From contig CM060733.1 of NCBI GenBank assembly GCA_030704615.1, positions 32,860,001 through 32,924,000 on the forward strand: a DNA stretch of 64,000 bases, in the 5' to 3' direction. The stretch is from Takakia lepidozioides. Its lineage: Eukaryota; Plantae; Bryophyta. Both the position numbers and the translations under genes were made by a program. Under the pieces are notes generated by a model. That model made no database searches. It worked only from the letters and a program-made list of their open reading frames with translations, and had not been told where the DNA came from. The stretch's first letter is position 1. Each line of letters starts with the position of its first letter. Positions 51,707 through 62,424 of this stretch are shown in pieces.

Positions 51707-54700
51707 CTACCCATGTGTTGTATCCCGCTGCAAAAGAGTATCGACCTCGTTGAAACTCATAGTGGCCTGGTGAATGAAGTTGTCACGTTTGGGATCGCAA
51801 ACCATCCTCCTCAAAAATATGAAATACAAATGTTTGCAGGGTATGAATTTACCTCTCTTGCCCAAACTGGTTGATAGCATATTCACAAAATCAGGACATG
51901 TGCAATTGGGGAAATTGGAAACCGTGATGTCGTAGGTCCTGTCATGAACAGCAGATGTGGAAGTGATGATTGTGAATACCCGACCATATCCTGGATCGGG
52001 TACTTCCGTGGTGCTTCCAACACGAGCTTGGAGCATTCTTGCGGACTCCACTTTGCCAAAGTGTTCAGCGGTTGGAGGGAAACGCCGAACGAGCTTTCCA
52101 TCTCGTTTGGTTGGCCACAAGTCAGGATTTGCCGGGGGGACCCGGGAGGACGCAGGAGTAGTAGCACATGCATGGAGTTGGGGTTGTCTCGCAAGGGAAA
52201 AACCTGCCTCCTCCAGCATTTCAATCTCCTGAAAGCTGAGATGTGTTCCCACCTTCACGGGCCAAACGGTTGGAGGAGATGGCTTCATCACTACGGAAGG
52301 ACGCACAGTTCCATGCACACATCTGGCACAATCATCTGCGCAGAACCAGAACTTGTGGTTCTTGGCTTTTGGTTGACCGTATGGACGCATCAAGCCCGTG
52401 AAAGTCGGAGCAGGAGTTCGGGCACCACCTCTGGATATAGATGAAGTGCACTTCTCGAAATTAGTTGCCCTGATCGCTGTACATTTCACACGAGACCCGA
52501 CACTTGTGCGTTCTATGTGCCAAACGTGGTCGGGGCATGCGGACTCAAGCACATCAAGGGGGTTGTTTCTCTCCTGCACCATTTCAGTGGCACGGTTTGA
52601 TGCTGGAGCTTGCCGTCGTGTTGGAGGTTCCTCCACAATGGAGGTTCCGGACACGGAGCTGTCATGCAGGGGAACACGAGGCTTCGAGAAGTTATCACGG
52701 TCTGCCCTGTGGGAATCTGAATCCGAACCAGGTGGAGTGTTCAATTTCCTCTTACAGGAGCCGAATCTCTCCTCCCCTTCAAGATGTGGAACTCTAGAAA
52801 CAAGTGGCGTTCCCTGGGCATACATGCTCACCGCCCGTGCTATCTTGATTGGATCCCCAGATCTGTTTGCAGCACGCAACATCAACTCCGATTTGTCCGG
52901 ACCCTTGCCACCAACCCCACCTCGTAAGAAATCACGGTATCGGGTTTGTTGTTGCAAGGCACGTATCAAATCATCTGTTGTTGCCACATACAAATCCCGA
53001 CCTCTTTTCCCAGACTGCTGCAACCATGCATTGTGCACAGTTTCTGCCAAATTGCAAGATGGCATGTCTGCCATTTCCTCAATGGACATGTTCTGCAAAG
53101 AGGATAACCACACTTCAGAATAGTGCACAGGAAACAACATAAAGAAAGCAACAAAAATATGGAAAGCAAATGTATGAATAAAGCATGAAATAGAAGCCTC
53201 GTACCATTGTCATGGCTGCTCCCCACTGTCTATACCGGAAGTGCCAAAACGCCAGCCAATCTTCCAATGCTCTCATACTCTCAAGTGATGCAGCTCCAGA
53301 AGAGAACCACCAGGCACGAATTGTCTGGAACAAAGTGTCCGCCTCCTTCATTGTTCTAGCATCTTTGTACTCTTTGCACAATTTACGGTGCTGAGTCTGC
53401 ATCTCTGGTTTGATGTCCGACTTTGTATGTTTTTCCAGAGATTGTGTCCAATGGAATAGACATGTACGCTCTCTTCCTGGCATAGGCACTTTTGGGTCGC
53501 CCGATCCGAAGACAATACGAATAGCATTGAAATTTGCTTGAGCACTATCCGCCATGAAACCTGCGAAATTTGGAGATGGCAGCCCATGGCAGCCCATGAC
53601 ACGTATCAGGGAATTCCACATGAGCTTCTGGGATTCCGTATCCTCGGATTGCATGTCACAAACTGCAATTGTCATAACTCGTTGGTACACTGGATCGTAG
53701 ACATGACAAGCCATTGTCGTCCAATCCTTCACTCGTTTCACATGATCAAACATAAGAAAACAGTTCTGCAAGTCCCCAGTCTTCTGCATCCGCTTCACGA
53801 GGCTAACCCCACTGCCCTCCCCAACAGTCGACATTTTGAAAAGAAAAACTTTGATGGCACCTTGACCTGGGAATACATTGTCCTGGATGTAATCGTACTT
53901 GCTCAGTCGTTTCAATTCCAAAATATTGTCTATGTAGCCTCTGATCCCAGAGCCCATTCTCAATGCATTGATCTGATGCCGAATGTTAGGTGAACTTAAA
54001 GTGGAGAAATGATCCATGACCAGGTCCAATGCTGCACCGTCAAGTTTAGTCCCCACAGAATCTCCTTCACTCAAAATATGGCTTTCCAAGAAGGACTTGC
54101 TTGCGCCAAGAGCAATTGCAGATGTTGTTGCGGATGGGTTTCTCCCGAACTCCTGTTTGATCAACCTCGATACTGTCTCAACACTCTCCCTGTAATCCCC
54201 CTTCGAGACAGGATGGTTATGGAATCCAAAATGCACACAAGCTCTCGTCATTGTATTCAAACGGTGGACAACATAGTACATTCTTGCTCCGCAGAGCGCC
54301 AAGCAGGATGGCACAAGTTTGCAGAATTTGCAGACGAAAGTGTTTGCCGGTGGAGGGGCAGTCCCAGGCTGAAATGGATTCTCTGCCAGACCCTCCCATT
54401 CGCTTTGATTATGAACTCCAGACTGAAGAAAGTGTCTGCAATTCAAATTATCACACCTAAGGTGTCCATTGCAAACTGTCCTCCTGAAAACAAGCTTGTC
54501 ATCATTCTGAATATTGGATGTTTTTGTTCTGCACCACGGGTGCCCGTCGTGTTTCTTGTCCATTCCATGCATCATGATTGTTACACCTCCAACTCGCGGA
54601 GGAGGAGGCAGCTCGAATAGGATATCGCCATCAAAAGTCTCCGGCAAGAACTTCACAGGCACCTGCTTCAAAGATTCCCAATCAATTCCCCGCAACTCGC

Positions 54701-55217
54701 TTTTGAATCCAGCCATTCCTCCCATCGCCCGCAATTTTGGAATGACACTACAAATCTCTTCTTCATCAGCTTCTGCAACCACAGTAGGAAGGACTGGATT
54801 TGGAATTTCACTTATGTCATCATCGGATGAATCCGAAAGCTCAACGATTGGAGTGGAGGACGTCTGTTCTTTTTTCACCACCACCTCCCTCTTGTCTTCA
54901 ACGACCGAAGCAGCAGTCCCGGGCGTCACATATGACCCAAGGGACTTTCGCCGAGGCTCTCCAAGTACTCTGTATCGACCAGGACGCACTCTCCACTGGC
55001 TGATATGAGCCGTCTCATCACGGTTTTGGAAAGAATATTTCACCAACTTCCCTTTCAGATCGTAAACCTCTTTCTCCAAAAAGATGGAGCCATTCTGCAG
55101 CTGAAAACGGGTAGCCAAGACATGTTCCAGAACAATTGCAAATCCATTGTCAAGGACTTCCTGGGAGAACGGCACTGGTTTGTCGTCTGAGAAGAACTCC
55201 GCTTCAGAGGAAGCCAT
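51707..55217 (-). CDS. MULE-type DDE transposase with GCM-like zinc DNA-binding domain and C-terminal SWIM finger; 2 exons (55217-53205, 53092-51707), 1132 aa
   Basis: GCM/WRKY-like region DGHPW..CNGHLRC..C..CKFC..C..HNHP. Putative catalytic residues in FLMFDHVK (D), FMADSAQA (D) and NLAETVH (E), plus CLFH (CxxH). SWIM CTCPDF...CKH. A phase-0 GT-AG intron at 53093-53204 joins the two ORFs with no stop. Confidence 0.88.
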
Positions 55218-56072
55218 CTTCCTTCCTCGAGTATGTTTGTACCTTGCTATCGCAGATCTAGTGTAAATCGGTTTACTGCTGTCTCCAGAACACAGTTGAA
55301 GAATGAGCAGAGCATATGGCGGAGGAAGCTCAGATAACGACTGTGCATATTCTGTTATTCATTCCAGATATGCAGCCGTCCATTTTAATTACTTTTCTTG
55401 TGGGCCCAGTGGTCAGAGAATCCATAGGGGCAGTGTCGGCAACTGTTAAACCGTTAATCAGAACCTCATCAATAAACCCAATAACAAAGCCGACTTCCTG
55501 GAAGCATGCCACAGGATCCGAGAATGGGATTGCAGATTAAGTAAATGTATCTATATACTACTACCAATGATCATGCGCACCTGGAAAGTTCCAAATGTGC
55601 AACGAATGTGGGGTTTGGATAACAAGGATGACCGTGTATGATATTCCAAAATTTGTCATCAAACTCTCGTTCATTTATATTTATTTGTTTAAGACTGCGC
55701 ATCAATTTCTGGGATTCGCTGTTCTTTTTAAATATTGAACCAGTTATAATTTAGAACACGCCGTTTTGTTTTGGGCGGCACACGTCAGACATCCATAACT
55801 GAATACGAACAGCTGTACACCAATTGCTGGCATGTGCACTAATATCGAAACGACTATGTGTAACGGTCACGCGGGAGGGAATCCGATGCTTCTAGAGACA
55901 CGCAAGAACACAGGTTATCCCGCAAGAAATCGGGAGTCACTGCGTTTTTCTACTTTTCGCGCTTAGAGGGAGAGTGGTAGTCAAGCTGGAGAGGGTTCCT
56001 TCTAGAATACGAAAGAGAAGAAAGTCTCTTTATTTTACTTCCCTTAGAGAGAGACGCAGAGCAAGAGAGAAA

Positions 56073-59000
56073 ATGACGAGGCGTCGTTTGTTGGAGAACA
56101 CAGGGCCAAGGCAGCAGGTGAACGCGGAGACTGATTCACAAGAGCAGACGGAGACTGAGGCAGCGGCTGCGACACAGCCGGCGATAAGAGTGCGCCAGCC
56201 TGTGGAGGCAGAGATGAATCGCAGGGACACTGAAGAAGGTGGAAGCACGCGGAACGCCGAACCTGAAGAAGGTCAAGAAACCCTTGCGCAGACAGAAACT
56301 CCAGCAGATGTGAGAGGGAAGAGGAAAGCTGCAGAAGGGGATCAAAGTTCAAAACCTAAGAAGGTGCCAGTAAGTTTTATCATATAGTCTATGTGATTGC
56401 CTTTCAAGGAGTCCTTCCTCTTCCATTCTTTAGCAGGAACTACTGAATCGCGAGCGTCGTTAACGCCATTCGATTCTGCTCATGAGATTTATGTACCTAT
56501 GTGTTTGAAGAGAGAGTCTGCACTTACTATTCTCCCTAAACTATACTGAATGTCGTTGCCGCCAATCAGTTGCACATATATGTCATTTCACAACACCGAT
56601 CCGGCAGGTTGTTATCTTTTGTGATTGTCGTTAACGCCGTTCGCTATCGCTCTCACTTTTGTTTTGAATACGGCAGTCTCGGCTTTGCATGTGTAGATTG
56701 TGCTGAATTCTTTCACACCATTCATGGTGAGTTTCCTTGATACAGAGTGATTGTCGTTACCGCCATTCACTATTTGCAAATGACTTAGTCAGAACTGAAT
56801 GGCATCGTGCAGAAAACTGTGAGGTCGAAGCCTACAGGATCAGAGGGGAAAGGATCTGGAGATGGGGACGAGTCCGCAAAAAGCTCAGAGAATACAGATG
56901 AAGCAGATGAATCCGAAGTGCACTACCTTGACAAGGTGAAAGAACTCATGTCATTCCAGAAGGTAAACTCTCAGGAGGTTATAAGGGACATGCTCGTATC
57001 TGGAGGGCGTCTGGACATACCTCTGTGCCGGATGATATCAATGCCTGTTGTGCGTCCACCTCTTTCCCATGACATAACAAAATTGGAGAGTGATTTTGTG
57101 CATGGATATAGACTTGGTGCACAAGTTTTTTATGTGTCCCTGACGGATATAAATGGGAAAAGCACATTAGTTTCTCCAGAGATCAGTGATAACTGGGATG
57201 AGTGCTGGAAAGATGCCAATGAGGAGTTCGAGCTGGGCCTCATGATGGGAAAGAACACCCAGCAATTTTGCAACCACATGTTCTACGTCTGGGACGGCAA
57301 CCACCGATTGCTGGCATGGATGGGATACATTCAGAAACACCATTCGAAAGACAAAGACAAGCATGTTGCTGTGGAGGCAATGGTTTTGGATCCAGGAAAC
57401 GACATCGCTAGGCTTCTTACAGCTATGCACGACGTGAACAAGTAAGTCATCCAGGAGATTTGATTCCCTCTGTAGTGTCTTGTTGATCCTCAAAAAACAG
57501 TGTTAAGGAATGCAATGTTTTCAATGTTTTTGCAGATCGACAGAGAAATCGCATGTGACAACAAGCTTGGTTCACACACTATTCCGAATTCAGAGGATTG
57601 GTCTGATGAAGCTGGATGATTTTCGGACAGTACTACCACCCAATATCATCAAGAAGTGCGAAACAGGAAGAGCTGCAGGCACTTGGTATTCTTTGACACG
57701 AGAGGCGTTTCTGGAGTACATGTATGCGGTAAGCCCGAGTCTGTAATCTGTTTACTTTTCGAATACATGTTTAGAGTCCCTTCGGAGCTAATCACTACTT
57801 GAATGAATGCAGCAAGAACTGGCAGAGGCAGCTGAGAAGGGAAAATCCGAATATTACCGCACTACACCAGAGGAACTAAGGACATCAAAGGGTGTGGAAG
57901 CTGCAATAAAGAAGGAGTTTGAGATGCGAAGAACCAAATTGATGTCAGCCTTCGGAAAGCAGCTTAGAATAGTAGATCCTGGACTTGGTCCTGAGTTCCT
58001 TCAGCAGATCAAAACACACTATGACAAGCATGTGCATCCGGAGATGCAGCAGGAGAAATTGCACCGGCTGGCCATATCGATGGTCGACCCACAAACAAAA
58101 ATAAGGTGGCTGGAGATATGGAACTCAGATCAAACAGTAAAGGACTTGAATCAGTTCCCAAAGAGCACCATACAGCCTGGCACAAAGGTGGAAGGAATCA
58201 GTGATTTGGTGTTTGATAACTGGCTCCACAAGGCTACATTTTGGAGTCAGGTGTGTATTCGAACATGCTGTTTCTTATCTTCAAGTATGTGATGTGTTTC
58301 TTTTTTGCAATTCTGACAAATATTCTATTTGCAGCTCGAAAAGCGCGCCGTCATTGTGCTGGATCAGACTTTGAAGGACCTGAACATTGCGATTGTTTCC
58401 CCTCCCCAAATGTCATTGGAGGCATACATAAGGAAGTGGAGAGGTCTCACCTGGAGATACTGTTTTTTCCGGGAGTTCTCCAAAGATGGTAACATTTTAC
58501 GGTCCAACGACTTTGACAGTCAGGTTGGAGGAGAGTGGGCCATGATGCGAGTTGTGTACAGGTGAAATGTCATACTTGAAACTCTACTGTTTTTTTGGGA
58601 AAAATTGTGGCTTCATATGGATTGCAATCTTAGATCCAGATTGAATGTCGTTGACGACATTCACTTCTTTGTCTGAGTCATTCTTAAGCGAGTATATGAA
58701 TTCACCTGGTTAGGATCTAAGGGTGCAATTATATTGTCCCTGATTAGAATTGATAATGTCCTTGAATGGCGTTGACGACATTCACATACGGAGTTGTTGT
58801 GCGGTCCTCAAGGTTATTTAAATTTTTGTAATGTCCATAGAGGATACAATGAGGGTTGATCACTTCATTTTGCTGAATGTCAATGCAGACATTCAGTTGT
58901 TCTGCATTGTTTTTTCCTCTTGCGATGAATATGGAGGCTTCATAAGCTCTGTTTTAAGAAATCCAAAGTGAATGTCGTTGACGACATTCACAGCTGTGTC

Positions 59001-61711
59001 TGTATTATTAAAAAACGACAAATTCAATATTCATGGATTGGGGAGCTAAGTAATTGGTTTCTTTTTTGTATTTTTGTGAATGGCGTTGACGCCATTCACA
59101 TACAGTGATGTTGTGAGGTCCTCAGTGATAGGTTCGTTATGAATGTGCATTGAGTTTTCCTGGATGGTTCCTTACTCAATTTTTTTATTTCCATCCTGTG
59201 ATTTTGCTTCATTTCAGTAATAATTTGGCTTCATTCTTGAATGTCGTTGACGACATTCACTTCTATGTCTGTGTCATTTCTAATCGCTTATTTGCATTCA
59301 CCTGGATTAGGATGTATTTACAGTGTCATGGAATGGAATGTTCTGAATGGCGTTGACGACATTCATATCTGGAGCAGTAGTGTGGTCCTGAAAGGTCCTT
59401 GGAGCAGTTGTCAGAGCCATTTCAATCCATGTTTTATTCTTTCTGTTCTACTTGCATCTTACTCACTGAGCGCTTTTGTGGGTTGGGATTCATCTCCTTT
59501 TTTCAGGTACACGAAATATGTGCTTATGGAAGGAAATCACCTGAGCGGAATTCCCGACTATCTTGACATGTGGTCGGACCCTGCAAACGATCCAACCATG
59601 TATACTGCAGGGATATTGAAGGACTGGAGTCCTTCTCACTTCAGAGACTGTGGGTGGTACCTTGACTGCCCACCTGAGCACACGACCTTTCAAGAACAGC
59701 ATATGAAATACTTGAACAATAACGCTGAGATGCTGGCGCCTTTGACTGACGAAGAGTATCAACGAAACATAGCAACCTTGGCTGCCAAGGAGCCTGATGC
59801 TCAGGGAACGCCGCAGAAGGGAAAGAAGGCGGGCCGCAAACCAAAAGACAAGGCTGTTGATGTCATAGCCATCTCACCAGCAAAGCCAAAGGACAAAGAC
59901 AAGTCCAAAGAGAAGGAAAAGGACAAGGGGAAGGAGAATGAAAAGGAGATGGAGAGTGGGCAGGACTTTACTGCTGGAAGATATACCCGCACTCTTCAGT
60001 GCGTGTTCGATGCCAAGCACACACAGTTCCCGTTCTGATTCAGCAGGAGAGATGAAAATTGTTAATGAGGGTTGGCTTTCGATGATGCAGAGTCGAAAGA
60101 GAGGATACACTGGGGTGCCATCCCCTACCTGGGACAATATAATCTCATTCCTCAATCTGGTGAGAATTCCATTTTCTTTCCTTTTTCTCTGAATGTTTCG
60201 TTGGCAGTATTTCAGTCTCGTTCTTTGAAAACATTCTTGCCATCGTTCTTATAAAAAACATGTCTGTTGCAGGTGAGCACAGGTCCCACCTTCGTGTGCG
60301 GTGTGCAGAAAACTTATGCGGCCGACATTGTCATTCTCGACATCCCGGATGGCCAGGCTGTGCCAGAAGTTCTTCCAAAGGGCAAGACGCCAGGGTGGAA
60401 CAAATTCGAGGACAACTACTGGAGTTGGGTATTCGGGTTCTGTAACAATTTCCTCTCTGATGCAGGGACATTTCTGCTTTTTCAGTCATGTGACAATGAT
60501 AGTCGTCGGGCATTGGCATCATACCTCAAGTCTTCAGGGTTTGAAGTTTTGCGCACATGGAATTGTGTGAACAGCCTCTACCTTGTGAAAGGCGGTTTCC
60601 CTGGTCAGCTGGTATGCCGTCTGCCTTCTGCTTATGCTTTGATCATGAGTTTCAAATTTCTCTGCAGCTCCACTCTAGTAGAATGTTTTATGATCGACAC
60701 CGATCATCAACGATTCATGGTTTTTTGGTGTCAGAGTTCTGAATAGCCGATGTACACACTTCCACTTTAGATTGTGTTTACCACACTAACCTGCTATCTT
60801 TGGCAGACGAGGATGTTCGAGGCGATCTGCCTGCGGAGGATTCGCACATCAAAGACACCATCCTCCATCCGCAGCTTTGAGATTTCTGACCAGGGTTGTT
60901 TCGTCAACCCCCCCTATGAGCCCCATGTCGATGACATTTTGTACAACTTCATGCAGTCCAGTCAGACTCTGAAGAGACCAGATGGCACTCCCTGGAGAGG
61001 TGCAAAGGAAAAGTCACCAGCATTCATGCAAATACTGCTGGAGTCATGCAGCCACCGCTCTGCACGGGTTGTCGATCTTTCTGTGTCCACAGGTTCGTTT
61101 TCTCCCTTCCGAATTGGTTTCCTTTCAACAGTTTCATCTGCTTAAATCCCCTCCTCCAAACTGTTTATGTTCTCCTGTCTGGTGCAGGAGCAACTTACCA
61201 CGCATGCAAGGCAGGCGGAAGAAGCCTTTTTGGTATGGAGGGTGATTCTGACCTCTACAACACAGTGCTCCTCCCCCTTTTGTCTGGCTCCACTTCAGGC
61301 ATACAGACTGATCGGATTCATATTCGAAATGATGACGATCCCGAAGATAAGCAGGTCGACAACGACTTTTCATGTGAGTAAGTGCTAAACCCTCTTTGGG
61401 AGTCATACTCAATTTCTCGATAACATCAAAGTTACAGTAATAACTTTTTCAGGCTGTCTTTCAGGAAAGCCAGCGGTGGATCTTCAGGAGATACAGTCAT
61501 TTCTGGCGAGTCTGTTTTCGACAGCCCCCTTTCCAATTTTCTGCTCCCTGTTTATGCCGAAGCAATGGCACTTCACGCGTCCGAGTCCCTATCCCCTGAC
61601 TTTTTAGTGGCCAGCCGTAGGTGTATTCCGCGTGGATCCGGTGTTCTAAAATACTTAGACTTAGATGCAGAGGAAGAGGGGATACATTGTACTGACTCTA
61701 AGTCAGACTGA
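56073..61711 (+). CDS. Multi-exon gene: ParB/Srx-like domain plus C-terminal beta-class N4C/N6A DNA methyltransferase-like domain; one unresolved frameshift near 59940-60040
   Basis: Predicted exons: 56073-56369, 56813-57441, 57536-57728, 57813-58250, 58335-58561, 59507-~60159, 60273-60611, 60807-61092, 61188-~61373 and a last exon to ~61711. The introns checked up to 61188 have phase-compatible GT-AG boundaries. ParB-like: LDIPLCRMISMPVVRP...FYVWDGNHRLLAW. MTase-like: ADIVILDIPDG (motif IV), then KEKSPAFMQILLESCSHRSARVVDLSVSTGATYHACKAGGRSLFGMEGD (motifs X/I/II). Confidence 0.78.
56452..56768. repeat. Four degenerate copies of the 20-bp palindrome in intron 1 of the ParB-MTase gene
   Basis: gagcgtcgttaacgccattc (56452), gaatgtcgttgccgccaatc (56548), gattgtcgttaacgccgttc (56623), gattgtcgttaccgccattc (56749). 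Confidence 0.8.
58643..59364. repeat. Seven copies of palindrome GAATG(T/G)CGT-TG-ACG(A/C)CATTC in the 945-bp intron 5
   Basis: Copies start at 58643, 58764, 58875 (variant centre), 58970, 59078, 59239 and 59345. Confidence 0.92.
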
Positions 61712-62424
61712 ACTGTATTCTTTTAATATTCATTTTCATATTATCTGGAAACGTTGAATCCCCTTACTCTACCGTAGTTGTTCCTTTAGAACAAATAATA
61801 ATCACAGAATCAACTTTCGTTTAAATTGCTATATGTATGAATCCATCTCACAAACCTTCCTGACTCTTCTCATATCCATTGTGCATTCATCTACACTGTA
61901 TTCATGCGTGCTCCATTCATGAAAGCTTCCTTTGTACAACATCCATTGTACATTCATCCTCTGTACTCTTTAATCCACCCCACAAACCTTCCACACTCAT
62001 TTCATATACTTTGTGCATTCGTCAAAAGATTTGGTCATGCATCTTCCTGTCATGAATTTTTGTCATTGCTCAACATCCATTATACATTCATCCATTTTAC
62101 TCTTATCCATCCGTCATTCATCCATCTACATAGATTTTTCAAACTCATCCATCTGTTTATCATCCAACTGTACATTCATCCATCATTTATTCAATGCCTT
62201 TTATTATGTCGTCCAGCTTGTTTCCGCGGTAAAGGGTGCCAATCCGCGGGAATACACTCTACTTCTTTCTGGGTGCGTGGTGACTCGGCCTCCACGTGTG
62301 ATGACGTGGACTGAGACCCGTGACGTGGCATTTGCGCAAGGTGACGTGGCGTGAGCGCAGTCGCGCTCACGCGCTCACGCGCTCACGTGACCAGGCTCAC
62401 GCCGAGGCATCCCTGTAGTAGACC

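Larger units (their letters stand above)
51084..62415. mobile_element. Mutator-like (MULE) DNA transposon, 11,332 bp, carrying a ParB-methyltransferase cargo gene
   Basis: TSD TAGTAGACC at 51075-51083 and 62416-62424. Imperfect TIRs: left CAACGACGCAATGGCGTGAGCGTTG-CACGTGAGCGCG versus reverse-complemented right CAGGGATGCCTCGGCGTGAGCCTGGTCACGTGAGCGCG. Excising it restores the Gypsy frame ...TIKAGSTIANLSRVQ. Confidence 0.9.

Noticed and set aside
52398-54620. Long plus-strand ORFs (241 aa, 151 aa, 203 aa)
   Set aside because: They are antisense shadows of the transposase with no recognisable motifs.
58643-59364. CRISPR array interpretation of the palindrome array
   Set aside because: Spacers are long (75-140 bp), irregular and related to each other in a higher-order repeat. 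The array lies in a spliceosomal intron and no cas genes are present.
51084-62415. Bacterial contamination or prophage as the source of the ParB-MTase
   Set aside because: The gene has many phase-compatible GT-AG introns and sits inside a TSD-flanked element nested in a plant Gypsy.
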